Origin: Intoshia linei
Lineage: Eukaryota > Animalia > Orthonectida
Direction: 5' to 3'
Assembly (NCBI GenBank): GCA_001642005.1
Contig: LWCA01000177.1
Location: 1-43,837 of the forward strand
Length of the DNA stretch: 43,837 nt
Position numbers and translations under genes: made by a program
Notes under the pieces: model-generated
The model's input: the letters and a program-made list of their open reading frames with translations, nothing else
What the model was told of the DNA's origin: nothing
Database searches by the model: none
Shown here: positions 1 to 12,986 of the stretch, piece by piece
Layout: each line of letters begins with the position of its first letter
Numbering within the stretch: the stretch's first letter is position 1

Positions 1-328
1 AACACCTTAATTGCAAGTATGCCTTCTAGAATTTTTGAAGTTATTACAAATAAATGTGGAAAAACTCATTATTAAAGTTATAAAATTATGTTTTATATAA
101 ATTATTGTACCTATTTTGCTGTAAATTAGAAAGCGTTAGAGCACTTTTGTTGCATATTTTTTTCATTTTCAAATTATAAAAAAAGTATACATAATTACAC
201 AATTTAAAATTCGGGGCAATAACTGATATACCATATTGTTTTAGTATTCGAAAAATTAAATTATAATTTATTTTAGTTTTCCTTATATTTGAATATAATA
301 CAGGTGCTCTAAGGTTTTGTCGGGGGTG
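1..328 (+). mobile_element. 3' end of a Tc1-like DNA transposon (transposase C-terminus plus right TIR)
   Basis: 1..75 reads NTLIASMPSRIFEVITNKCGKTHY*, matching the Tc1 C-terminal LxxSMPxRxxxVIxxxGxxTxY motif. The reverse complement of 304-328 is CACCCCCGACAAAACCTTAGAGCAC (Tc1-type TIR), followed by TA at 329-330. Confidence 0.8.
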
Positions 329-1142
329 TACTTTCAATGTGATAATTGTTAAATCCAATGTGATAATCGGGGTTTATTCGAAAAATCTTACGTAAATATA
401 AACAGAAACTTCGTTACAACTAATTAAAATTATAACAAGTATTATATGGGCCAAAATTTCTATTTTCTCGTCAGTATTGAGTCATTTCTAAAAATCACTT
501 TTTTTAAGTGTATTTTTTAAAAACGTTCCAAATTCTTTTTCGATTAATATAATAAAAAGGAAATTTCTGAAAATATCGATGATATTCACTATATTCCATA
601 ATATGTTAATAATAAGAATCCATGATAATCAGTGGTTTCAAAAGTGGTCCATAGGAAATTCTAGGTGGTCCACAAGACAAATTTTACATAAAATGAATAT
701 ACTCTTTCTTTAACAATATAATTAAATTAAAATATTATTCATTATCGATCATTTATTATTATTAGTGAACGTAAACATTTTATCAAATGAAGGGAAGTTT
801 AACTGAATAACGTTAATAATTTTCACGTGCCTTAAATTTAATCTAATTAACGACTTAAATTAGTTGAATAGTAGATCCCAGAGCCGAACTTTAAAAAATT
901 TCACAAACGAATTGTAGTGTTATATAACCCTATCCACATCTCTAAGACTCTTGAGTTGGCATTTTAAATTTAAAATTTTATTTAATGCTAAATTTAGCAA
1001 ATTAATGCCTCCATTTTAAAAAATTTTCTTCGAGATCCCTCCGACGTCGAATCTCGGATACGGTAGGTTGTGCACTGATAGTTTGTTTATCATATGGGTA
1101 TAAGTATGTTTGAAATGAAATAAATATATTTTTTTAATTACG

Positions 1143-1523
1143 TCATAACATCTTACTTATTGGTATAAACCTCAAAGGAGAGCGTTCGTCGTTAATAATC
1201 ATGTATAAATTTTTATATTCGCTGAATCTCCGATGCGATTTAAAAAAATTGAAAGTTTCACGAATAATAAAATTTATATCATCTGGAATGACGGCGAATG
1301 CGTAACTATTATTAACGTTAGACCCACTAAAAGTTGAAAAAGAATGCTCATTAAAATTTGTTTCCCTAGACCTGTGAAAATTGCTTCGTACGTGTCTTGC
1401 CAAATCGTATTTATGTATCTTGTACAACCTGTTACATATTTTACAAAATACCCTATCATTTTGTCGTTTCTCAAAATTATTTTCTCTAAGCCAATTTGGT
1501 AATGCGTTTTGATTCATTTTCAC
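1143..1523 (-). mobile_element. Internally deleted hAT-like (ZNF862-type) transposase fragment
   Basis: N-terminal WL..FCKIC..YDLARHVRSNFH zinc finger joined in frame to IPDDINFIIRETFNFFKSHRRFSEYKNLY..PLRFIPISK, a segment that normally lies just before the TRW motif. The DDE core is absent. Confidence 0.6.
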
Positions 1524-1631
1524 GATAATATGACTATATATTTTTTACTAGTTTAATTGCTGTAGTATTAAGTACAAATAATAATAAAATGTATAAATTT
1601 TAATCTGTGTTAAGTCATGTTTGCATTACAT

Positions 1632-2181
1632 AAAGTGGCCAGAAAAATACGTACTATCACTTTTTAGTTGGGTCTTTCGTATTTTAGAGCCAATAGTTTG
1701 AAGATTTTATATATACTTTATTGAAAAAATAAATATTGTCATAAAACCACTAAATTGAATTATAATTTATTGAATTTATCGTACTTTTTATAATGAGCAT
1801 GGATATTTCGAGTTTAGATGATTTAGATGTATCTACCATTGTGTAACCGGCAGATGTTTTTTTCCAAAAAGGTGTGTATAGATGGTTATAAATGGAGATG
1901 TTCAGCCCCGTGTAGCAAAGTATTATCGATAAGGAAGGATACGATAAATTCAATAAATTATAATTTAATTTAGTGGTTTTATGACAATATTTATTTTTTC
2001 AATAAAGTTTATATAAAATCTTCAAAGTATTTGCTCTAAAATACGAAAGACCCTTTTAGTTTATTTGGAATAAATTTTAAGCCAAAAATTTTTATTCGTC
2101 ATCATATATAAATAGTTTTGGCTATACATTTAACACCAAATAAACTAAAATTTATAGTACGTATTTTTTTTGGCCACTTTA
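1632..2181 (+). mobile_element. Foldback element derived from a Merlin/IS1595(ISXO2)-like transposon
   Basis: Inverted arms 1632-1783 and 1939-2181, flanked by direct repeat CATTACAT (1624-1631, 2182-2189). The spacer at 1881-1943 encodes DGYKWRCSAPCSKVLSIRKDT, the Zn-ribbon DGxxWRC..C....SIR motif of Merlin transposases. Confidence 0.75.
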
Positions 2182-3011
2182 CATTACATGATAATTCGTG
2201 TACATTTTCAATTAAATTTCAATTGTCAGTTTTATTACTAGTGCATTTCTCATATTTGCAAATGAGAAACATGAGTTTTTTACGATAAGAAAGATGAGAA
2301 TTCTTTTCTTTTTGCTATAGCAATGCGTAAAAAACGCAACATTTGACAACACTGACCAGTGTTACATTAGTGACATGTTCAGGGTTAAAACGATTTTTAA
2401 AAAAAAATTATGTGATTCACATACATTTTTTTTACAAGTAGTTCGCGGTGGAAAAAGTTTGGGAACCACTGTTCCATATGATGATGTGGACCAAGAGAAT
2501 TTCATAATAAACAAAATTATTAACAAGGAAGGTATAGTAATTGGTTCCAATACTGATGAAAATTCTGCTTCTGAAGAATCAGACGATATATCCTCAACCC
2601 ATTGAATTACGTACGTTGAGGCAATTATGCAGATTTATAATCTCTAAAAATTTTTTACAGAAATCATTTTTAAAAAATTGGTGAATTATTTGATATAAAA
2701 TAAATTATATATTTGAATTTAAAAAAAAATAAGAACCTCAAACATTAAGTATATGATTAGAAAGTTATAATTTCATATTTTTCATTATTTGATTCTATTT
2801 TTTTAATAGTGAACATGAGAATTTTTGAAATTTTGTGTTACTTAGACTTGAGTTTAAATCTACTTCATAACCATTAAATGTAACTTAAATACACTGCCTT
2901 TAAATTTCTTTATAAAAAATATTAAAAATGTTATTTTTCTATATTATATTTGAAATTAAACGTATTTGTGATTATTTTTTTGAAATTTAATTAATAATAA
3001 TATAATAATAA

Positions 3012-3550
3012 ATTCTCACTTTGAATTTAGTTGAAATTTTTCCTCTCATTTTAGATGTAATTATTTTTACATTGATTGTAATTGTTATCACATTGACAAT
3101 CGTTATTTTATTTTGAATTTAGCTATTTTTACATTGACTGTGACTATTCTTACTTTGAATGTAAATATGATAATTTTCAAAATGAATTTATATTTTTATT
3201 TCGAAACTATATTATGGTTAAATGAACCTGCGAATAACATACGGATATTTTTAACAATTTAAACTCAGAAAATTCGAATATTTTTCTTAAATATACATCT
3301 TAAACGTAAAAAAAATATATTATAGGTAGTGCGATTCAACCATATTACGTTTCCCGTTAATTACAATTTAAATGTTGGTCAAAATATACCAGAAACCCTT
3401 AATAATTCGATTATCACTTTGAATATAGCAATGACATTGATAATTGCTATTATCACATTGCTTGTGGTTATTTTATTGTATTGCAAAATGTTATCACATT
3501 GAATTTAGTTATTATCACATGGGTTGTAATTATTATCATATTGATAGTGA
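3012..3550. repeat. Degenerate ~21-bp minisatellite (core TTATCACATTGA) in two blocks
   Basis: Units such as attgttatcacattgacaatc, atgttatcacattgaatttag and ttattatcacatgggttgta at about 3012-3162 and 3409-3550. An opposite-orientation copy lies at 331-370. Confidence 0.65.
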
Positions 3551-3645
3551 AATGGTATAGGTTAACTGTTATGTACTACGTATAAACAGCACCTAGCTCT
3601 GCTTCTGGATATATATTTTGATTTGTATTCTGATTTTCTATTTAG

Positions 3646-3941
3646 TTGGCTCCCATTAATGATTACTATGTATCATATTATTTACCCTGTGCCACTGAAT
3701 CTGTGGAATATGTTGATATAGCATTATACGATTACGTAACCACCGAAAAGTAATTTATATTGACGTGTCTTTTGTCAGTGTCGTTTTAACCGATAAGTAA
3801 ATAATTAACATAATTTAACGCCTTAATACATTAATTTACTGTATAAATTTGGTGATTTTTTCAAATATTCTTTGTTCAAGGGTAGCAAAACTGGACCTTG
3901 ATCGTGGTAGACTCGGCACTGCTGGTTACTGTCATAAATAA
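3646..3941 (+). CDS. Last two exons of an unidentified protein-coding gene (5' partial)
   Basis: Exons 3646-3749 and 3881-3941 have AG/GT boundaries and matching phase: LAPINDYYVSYYLPCATESVEYVDIALYDYVTTEKVAKLDLDRGRLGTAGYCHK*. Candidate upstream phase-0 exon 2321-2383 (QCVKNATFDNTDQCYISDMFR). Family not recognised. Confidence 0.5.
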
Positions 3942-4064
3942 TAATACACATTTTAATATAGAAAAATAAAAATATTGCAATTTGAATCTCATGGTATTCC
4001 AACTTCCAGAAGTATTTTATTTATATTTATTGGTGCAGTATATTAATCCTCGATAAATATAAAT

Positions 4065-4247
4065 CAGGAATTCTCAATCTTTTTTTAGAACGGCCACATT
4101 TTATCAATATAAAATAATTTAGAACCATCACGGATAACAATTGTTATTATATTGTTAGATTATTTATGAAACAAAAATTTATAAGCAAAGACAAAAAATT
4201 TTAAAATTATTAATAATATTCGGCGGGTCACAGATTGAAAATCACTG
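4065..4247. mobile_element. hAT-type MITE
   Basis: TIRs CAGGAATTCTCAATCT / CAGTGATTTTCAATCT (rc); 8-bp flanks atataaat / atatacat (7/8 match). Confidence 0.75.
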
Positions 4248-4287
4248 ATATACATAATAATATTGATATGAAATTATTATTGAATTA

Positions 4288-7200
4288 ATGACCCTAATGA
4301 TTATATTATCTCGAATTAGTATATGTTGTAATGTCATATGTAATATGTCACTAATTCATAATTTCAATTTTAAATGTTTCGATAATAGTGTTTCGATATA
4401 TTGGGTGCACAAAAAGAAATGAATCAAACAAAATGTACCCAGAAAAAGAAATTGATTCGAGTGAAATCACAGTAGAAAATTGCGTTAGACATTGTATCAA
4501 AAAAAAAAAACATTATGCACTGTTAAGCTTTAATTCATGTTACTGCTTAAATAAATATCGACAAGAATTAATCAACAAATCTTCAAAGCTGTATACAAAA
4601 TTTGGTTGCAACCATCCATGTATTAATAATGTTGCTAAATTTCACAAATCAATATTTAAATGTGGTTCACATAATGTGTTTCTTATTTATGGAGTTGGAG
4701 GTTTCTTTTATTGCATTATTTTAATTGTTGATATTGCAAAATTTTCTAAAATTAAAAAATTAAGTACATTGTATCAATTAAATTTAACAATTATTTAAAT
4801 TTTATTCTACATTTAAAACAGTTACTTCAACATTCTTCAACCTTCACATAATTACTTTGATTATAAAGTTTGTAATACTCTTACCCAGTATATTTAAATT
4901 ATAATATATTTTGTTTCTTGAGCACTCTTATAAAGTTTTTAGCAATTTAGTTTAGCAGTTTGAGCACTAGGGCTATTCCATTTTTTTAATATAAAAATGA
5001 CATATATAGAAAATGAGCGCCACTTAATTTGCTACAGAATGATATTAATATTTTTAATTTTTATCCAAAAAAGCCTCTAAACCGCGTCTTATTTAAATTT
5101 ATATACACGTCAACGGATTATTAAAATTTTCAATAAACTAACTAAGAAATCATAAAATGAAAACTTTAATATCAAATTGCGGAAAAGCCTTATTGAGCAC
5201 CCTTGAATGTCTCTGTGTGTGATACTGTTTAATTAAAAATTAGAATTGTAAAATTAAATAATTTCAGGGTAGTACAGGGTTTTCCAATTAATATACAGGA
5301 AAAATTTCATTTAATAGAAGAAACAACTCGAGTAATATGTCACTGACTTATGGAGTTATCATTTAGGACTAAATATTTTATTACCAAACCACTATTTTGT
5401 ATATCCTTATTTATACGTAACTGTAAAAGTTTACAGATAATCACCGACTAACATAGTCGTTTATTGAACGCATTAAGCTTTTAAATCGGGTTTATATGTA
5501 TTTTAAGATGTTTTTATTTAATTTTTACAAGGGTACTGAAAATATGATTTCGTTAACAGGAATTCTGTGTTTGAAAAAATTTAAAAAACCCTACTCTAAC
5601 ATGATGTTCATTTTTAAATGTGTCATAATTATGATAATAATGGGTTTTAACAAAGTAACTATATTTAGAAGATACATCAAATGAAGTAATAAATCTAATT
5701 CGTACCGTTAAATCGAACCCATATTCCAATGTAGGAGATCACTTGTATACAAAATATATACACAATACATATGATATAGTGTATTTATTTGATTTTATAA
5801 AGTACTATCGGCTCAATTCATTTCTAATGCACATAATGCACGATCATATTGATAATGATATATACATTTATGGGTATTTTTTCATAAATTTAATTGATTC
5901 GGTCCTACATGAACAATGTTCATTTAACATTTTGTAATATGAATTGAAAATTGCAATTAATGCAATTCAAGAATAAAAAAATGTTAATATTATAAGTTTA
6001 TATAAATAGCATTTGTGACAACTGTTAAAGGACTTTGTCTGTTCAATTTTAAATCATTCCAATTTTTTACTCATATACAAAGCCAGGGATTAGGAATATA
6101 ATGATACTTGTACTATTTTGAAACTTTTGCTTATGAAATAAATTTTATATTACTGTATATATGACATCTAGCAAAGACCCGTCTATCATGTTCATATTGG
6201 ACAGAATCGACTGAGATGTATATGTATTAGGGTTCTTCACAAATTGGAATCTATATTTGAATTAGTATAGTATTAGTATTACAAACATCACATTGGCATT
6301 AAAATTGGGCAAAATTGTGCCGATGAGTTGCGCATCACGTATAAAGTTTTTAAATGAATATTAATTTTAACTTGATTATTCTAGTTTATTATACATTTTT
6401 TAATAAATAATAATTATAATTATTAAATTAAACGTACATTTTTGTTTTTGAAGTGACATTCTGATGAAATCAACACAAATACTGAGAGGTGTACGTTTTT
6501 GGAGTATTTATTATTGGAAAAGTATCCTAATATAATATTGTGCTGTTTTATAGAAAACTTGCTTTAAGCCAACCTACCTGTGTGATCTATATTTTCTCAT
6601 AATATAATTAATATAATAATATTATATATATATATATATATTTTAAATATAATATTAATTATATAATTTAGAATATATTTATATGTGAATAATATTAAAA
6701 TATATCAAAGATTTGTAATACATTTATATTTACATTAATTCTACATATTTGATGATAATTTGAATACAAGTAGCCTCTACCACAGGTGTTCTCAACGGTG
6801 AGAGAATCGCCTCCTTGGTGGGCGATTTTCTAATATAGGGACGATGTTTCTATTTTATTTCACAAAATACAGCACACATACATGTACACAAAATCTAAAA
6901 TTTTTTTTTTATTAATAACAATAATTTCTAAAACGAGTTATTAAATTATAAATTTGTCAAAAACATTAGAATTCTCTAATACTTAATTTATTAATTAATC
7001 GATATTTAAGAGTATATTTAAAAAAACATGTAAATTCGAAAATTCAAAGATTAAAAACGATAAAATTATAATAATTAAAAAATACTTTTTATTTAGTGAC
7101 TTAAATTTAGTAAAGAAGATTTGATTTAATATGAAATTTTGATATTTTTGGTGTTCACCATAATATATAAATTATATTAAATAGTAAATAACAAAATGTT

Positions 7201-9444
7201 CATCAAAAAATTGTCAATGTAAATGTTCCACACTAATTTTTAAAAATTTATAAAATATCGTCAGATTTCTTAACCATGCACCGATTAAGAATCACTGGCT
7301 AAAATAACATACAAAAGTATTAAAAAAAAATTAAGAAAATTATTGATTCTATGGGTCGATTCTTTAAAAAATTGAGTAACAGTAACAACTTTTTTATGAA
7401 TAATTAGAGGGGCGATTCTAAAATAAAGTTGAAAACCCCTGCTCGACCATACAACAAAACAAAGAAATCAAATTTTGCGGTGAATAATAGAACCAAGTTT
7501 CTAGGACACATTTGTAATTTGGTAACGAAGGCGTAAACGAAATTTTTATAAAATGAGATCCTCACTTTTCCAAAAAATATATATATATTTCACCATCATC
7601 ACTACAATAATTTGAATATAATGTTTAGTCCAGATTTGTTGAGAGGTGGCGAGGGCTATATGACATTAAAAATAGTTGAAAAAGTTTTTTAAAAGGTTTA
7701 TTGTTGATTTTAGGGGTCGAGTATGGTAAGTTATGGTTTCCACTATGTTACGAAATCTAAAATTATAGATTTACTTGTGAACCGTGAATAAAAATTTTTA
7801 GTCATAAAGTGTGATTATGAAAAAGGTTGAGAATCCTTGCCTTTTAAGACTCGACACTTCTCCTTGCATTAAAGCTGTTCTCTAATCGAGGACACCTACT
7901 TTTTAAGTCCTAAAATATATAAATATAGAAAATTATGCATGTTAATTACTTTTTAATGTAAAAATATTAGTTAATTTATAATCAATGGAACTTAAATGAT
8001 TATTTACGTATACTGTTTAATGAAACGCTTGAAGTGAATCATATCAAGATGAAACTTCAGTTTTATACAAGAGAATCTCTAGTGGTTAAACCGAAAGATA
8101 CTTATACAATTGGTGGTGTATTTATAACTGGTGTTTTAAGTAATACTACAAATAAAAACTAATTAATTGGGGTTGAGCCCGTTTTTTTTCCTACAAGAAT
8201 ACAGTGTGGATAATAGTACCGGTATTGATATTAAAAATTTAATAAATTTTCATAAATACATAAAGTATAAGTTATAATGATAATTTAACTCGGCGTTTAA
8301 ATATAATCAATTTTTTGATCTATTAATTTAATTTAAAATTACTTTTTATTTATATTGTGGGTCATAAAATAACGGAAAAACATACGGACTGCGCCATACT
8401 CCAAATCAGGTTGATCCCAGATCAGGCCTAATCAACTGAAATTTTTTGTGAGGCCAACAAATATAATTTATAAATTTAGCGGTCTGAACTAGTAAAAATT
8501 ATTACATACCGTATTTTTCAAACTTTTTTTATATCAATTTTTGTAATACAATGTATTTTAATTATTGAAAAAGTGACAAACTCTTATATTTTTTTAAATG
8601 TAGCCATAATTCAGTCAAAGACTTTTTTGCTTTTTTTACTTTTAAATTTACATATTCTCAAGATTTTTATTGATATTATGATAATTACCTACATACCTAG
8701 GAAATACCTATGAAAATTAAACCTTTTTACAAAATAGAAATCGATAAATTTAAAAATTAATACATACATAATACATTTGGAATTTCTAATTATGATTATT
8801 AGGTAAACGATACAATATAGCTTGTGATAAAAACTTTACAAATTGTTTTAATCGTGGTAAATGTTATGTAAGTAAATATTTTTTTATATAAAATTGAGAA
8901 TCAATATCATACATTTATATTACAAAAAAACTTAATAACAAAGATTTAGAAACACTCTTTGTCTTCAATATCGCATTTTTGTGTGTGTGATTATCCCTTT
9001 ACTGGAGAAAATTGTCAATTTATTAATTCAAATTTCTGTAAAAACACTGCCTGTCCTCCAAATCAATGTTATTATAATGTAACCGCTCCTAAAAAATATA
9101 GCTGCAATTGCAGTTCTATCCGTGGATCCATTTCAACCCTAGATAATGGTAACAAATATATACTCAATGAGTTTCTCATATATTATAAAATATATTCAAT
9201 ATAGAATTTTAATGCATATTTTAATGTATAAGGATTTAAGATATAAATAATTTATTTAAATGTTAGTAATGTACTCCATTTTTATTGAAATATACACATT
9301 TTAGATGGAAATTCCATATGTAAAGATATAAATGAATGTAAAAGTAATCCATGCCATCATGGAAAATGTATTAATAAAAATGGATATTTTTTATGCGAAT
9401 GTGATGAAAATTGGAATGGTTTATTGTGTGACCGAATTATCTGA
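4288..9444 (+). CDS. WSC domain + 3 EGF-like repeats (last one cbEGF); 5' part of a polycystin-1/REJ-like locus, possibly decaying
   Basis: Exons 4288-4339, 4389-4700, 8803-8867, 8950-9148 and 9305-9444 splice GT-AG in phase to 255 aa. Contains WSC (YIGC..TVENC..HC..CYC..C..C..CG..IY), EGF (CFNRGKC..CVCDYPFTGENC) and cbEGF (DINECKSNPCHHGKC..CECDENWNGLLC). Extra exon-like pieces with stops lie in 4820-8160, so the model may be incomplete. Confidence 0.65.
6622..6641. repeat. (TA)n microsatellite
   Basis: Run of about 9 TA dinucleotides. Confidence 0.7.
6783..7441. mobile_element. Non-autonomous hAT element
   Basis: TIRs CAGGTGTTCTCAAC / CAGGGGTTTTCAAC (rc); GGGCGATT subterminal motifs at both ends; 8-bp flanks ctctacca / ctcgacca (7/8 match). 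Confidence 0.8.
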
Positions 9445-9569
9445 TATGACATTATTAGTATTATTATTACATTAAATTATTATTAATTAATTGTTATTTA
9501 CGCACTCACACACACAACGTAGTACACTAACTTATAAATTGTAAGATATGCACTTGTAATATACAGTAA

Positions 9570-9885
9570 AAAAAGGGTAATCTGGGTTTTTGGCCGTGAA
9601 AATCATCTTTTTTGAGGTTACCATTTATGATAATGCTTATGAATTTAAAAACCACCCCATAATGTATGTTGTATACAATTCTAGAACTTTCTTAATTTAT
9701 ACAAAAAAGGTAATTTTGGATTTTGGCCGTGAAGATATAAGATCTTGAAATTGAAAGTTATCATAATATTCATGAATTTAAAACTTTTTATTAGAATGTG
9801 TATTTTTTATAATTCTAGGACGGTTTGAATTTAAAAACAAAGGAGAATTGCGGTTTTTCACCTTGAAGGGCTCCATTTTTGCAAA
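9570..9885. repeat. ~133-bp tandem repeat (about 2.4 units), core of a dispersed repeat family
   Basis: GGTAAT..TTTTGGCCGTGAA..ATGAATTTAAAA..AATTCTAG recurs at about 9576, 9709 and 9842. Reverse copies lie at about 13900-14200, 21370-21530, 37460-37620 and 38420-38545. Confidence 0.7.
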
Positions 9886-11007
9886 TGAAAATTACGGTAA
9901 AACATCACTCTCGAAAAATTGTTATAAAAATATGGAATAAATAAAACTTGACTTCTCTTAATTTCTTAATTTAGCTGGAACAAACAGATATACATTTTTA
10001 ACGATTTTACTTTATACTATATTATAGTAAGGATGTATTATAAAAATTGCAATTAACAAATACATGTATTGTAAATATTAAACCATTAACATTTATAAAA
10101 ATAAAGTTAATATTAACCGTTAAAATTAATGACATTTTGATTCATTTAAATTAGTTGGATCATTTATAAACGACATCGGTGTCTTTGATGTATATTATTA
10201 GATTTAAATTATATACATTAGTAATTATATAATTGATCTAAATCTTAGCGGATGTAATAATTAATTGATTGTCAAAGTCAAATTAACTTTAGACAATAAA
10301 AATATAAACAACTTGACTGTTATGTACTTGGTACAAACAGCGCTAACTCTGTCAAGGGCCGCTTTTAAATTTATTCACAAATGAGTATTATCTTGAAAAC
10401 AATCAAATTATACTTACAACCCTAAAAATCGACATAAAAAAATTAAATTTTAAATACTTGTAGTACAGTTTTTCTTTTATCATGTATTTCGGGTGAAGGA
10501 GTGGCTCCCAAACTTATTTCACCATAATTCTCAGGAAATTAAATTTATATATAATTATTGATTTAATTTTATTTTGCATAAAACTATCTGACGATGCGAT
10601 TTTTATAATTTATTACAGATGATTGTATATTCTTAAAAATACAATAAAAACAAACTGAACTTTTTTTAGTCTTATCTTTACTGGATACAACTAAACAAGT
10701 TGTGATTTTAGCAATTTAGATAAGTGCTTTGGTTTCTAATTTTTTCCTGCAACCAACGAAACAACAAATAGTTGCAAATAAACAAATTACTATAAATTGG
10801 CACCATATCTAAAACAATTGAATTTGAGTGAATAGTAGCATCAATTTGAGTTTTATCAATTAGTTAGCACATTTATTCAAATTAACAATTGCGACATAGC
10901 ACATCAATTAAACTATTCAACATTGCAATATTGGATTATTCACATTACAGATTCTTAGTCACATTAAATTGTTACATCTTTTAAAAATTTAAATTTACTG
11001 CGAAAGA

Positions 11008-12986
11008 ATGGAAAAAGATATTTATTGTATTTGCAAAAAGCCTTACGAAAATGGTGAAGTCATGATAGAATGCTCAGGTTGTACTGATTGGTTCCATGGT
11101 CGATGCGTAGGAGTATCTGAAGAACAAATGGAGAATATAGACAAATATTTTTGCCCCGATTGTATCATTAAATTTGGACCAATACTGTATGCTAATAAAC
11201 CGGTTAAAACTCTGACAAAGTTGAAACTCAAGGCTGGTAGTGACGCTTTCATAAAGTGGTTGGAAAATAAAGGATTTTATGAAGCTAGTTTAATTTGTAG
11301 CACCGTGGAAGGAGAAGATTTAAATGAAAACTTTCTCGAACGAACAGGATTTGATAAACCGATATTTATTGAAAAAAAAGACGGATTAAAAATGACTATG
11401 CCTCCAAGTCATGTCAATATTGGTGACATTATAAATTTGATTGGAAGTGAACGTATCATTGACGTCATCAATGTTAGAAATCAGACTGATTTTAAAATGA
11501 GATTGAAACATTTTCATACTTACTATATTTTGAAAAATAAAACGGATATATTTAATGTAATTAGCTTGGAGTTTAGTAAAACAAAATTGGCTGAAATTAT
11601 TGAAATTCCTGATGTCGTTAAACAAATATCTTGGGTAGATCTTTATTGGCCGAATAGTGCTTATATGGACGATTATTTAATGCGACCTGAAACCTTGCGA
11701 TATTGTTTGATGAGCGCTAAAGCTAGTTATACGGATTTTCATATCGATTTTTCTGGAACTTCTGTGTGGTATCATATTCACCAAGGAGAAAAAATATTTT
11801 ACTTAATAAAACCCACTGATGACAACCTCCGAATATATGAAAAATGGCTAATGTTGAAAAATAATAAAGAATTGTTTTTCTCAGATTATCTCATTCGTCA
11901 ACTTGGAAAAAGCAACCGCACGCAAACTTATAAAATGGTATTGACTGCCGGCAACACGGTTATGATTCCAGGTGGTTGGATACATGGTAATACTTTATAC
12001 TTTAATAGACTAATATTAACTTTTTCAATTTAGCCGTCTACACTACTAAAGATTCTATTGTTTTTGGCGGGAATTTTTTGTGTACTTATCGAGCAGAAAT
12101 GCATTTAAAGTAATTGATTCCATTTATTGAAATATATAATAACTTTAGGATATATGCCCTGGAAAAAAGATTAAATATTGAAAATAAATATATACTTCCA
12201 AATTTTGAAAGTCTTCATTGGTATACTGCGAATAGTTACGTAAATACATTGATTGGAGGGTTATACGGCGAAGAAATGTGCTATAATGATGTTGTTACCG
12301 GAGGAATGTTGGCCTTGTATAAAATATTATGTCATTGGATCGATAATACCAATCCATCTTACCTCGCTTGTAAAAGAAATATACCCATGTCTGTGAGCTT
12401 TAAAAAAGTTTTGAAAGAATTGGAATTTATAATGTCTCGACTTGGATTTTCAAAAGAAGAAATAAATGTTCCATTTTCTTTGAAACCAAAGGAACCTGTA
12501 AAAAACCCAAACCAATTTGTAAAATTTCTTCCATCGTTAGAACTTACTAAACCAAACAAAGATAATGTCCCATTTTTAAAAAAAGAAACAGAAAAAACAG
12601 TAATCAAACCTTATGTTAAAAGAACACCTTCACCTGAACCAGAAAAACCTAAACTAAAACTAAAATTGGGTATCAAAAGAAAAGCCACTACTCCTATCGA
12701 TGATCACACTCCATCCAATTCTAATTGTAATGACGTTAGTGCAAATGTCGAATATAGAATAATTTCGAATACTGCTAAACCTTCTCCAATTAAAGTCGGT
12801 ATCCGTACAATCAAGAGAACTAAATTGGAATGTTCTGCCAAGGCGTATAAAAAATCAAAATCCAAGGAGTTTATAAGACGAAAAGAAGCAGTAAAATCAT
12901 TTGGTAAACCTCTTAATACTCCTAAAACCAAAAAATCAATGACTACAAAGGAATTATTTAAACTGCTTAAAATTAAACAAAAGTAG
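11008..12986 (+). CDS. PHF8: PHD finger + JmjC histone lysine demethylase, KDM7/PHF8 family (630 aa, 3 exons)
   Basis: Exons 11008-11986, 12034-12109 and 12149-12986 (introns 47 and 39 nt). PHD YCICKKPY..MIEC..C.DWFHGRCVG; JmjC NVISLEFS, YTDFHID, KIFYL, GWIH|AVYT..DSIVFGGNFL with the H-D-H iron triad intact; Lys-rich C-terminal tail. Confidence 0.95.

Noticed and set aside
86-358. 90-aa minus-strand ORF (likewise 1750-1953, 35699-35908 and 37211-37414)
   Set aside because: They span TE termini or AT-rich repeat DNA, with no motifs or splice support.
3012-3550. CRISPR-like array
   Set aside because: Degenerate tandem units without unique spacers, eukaryotic context, and no cas genes.
11043-12931. 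Four minus-strand ORFs within KDM7/PHF8
   Set aside because: Antisense shadows of the real CDS with no motifs.
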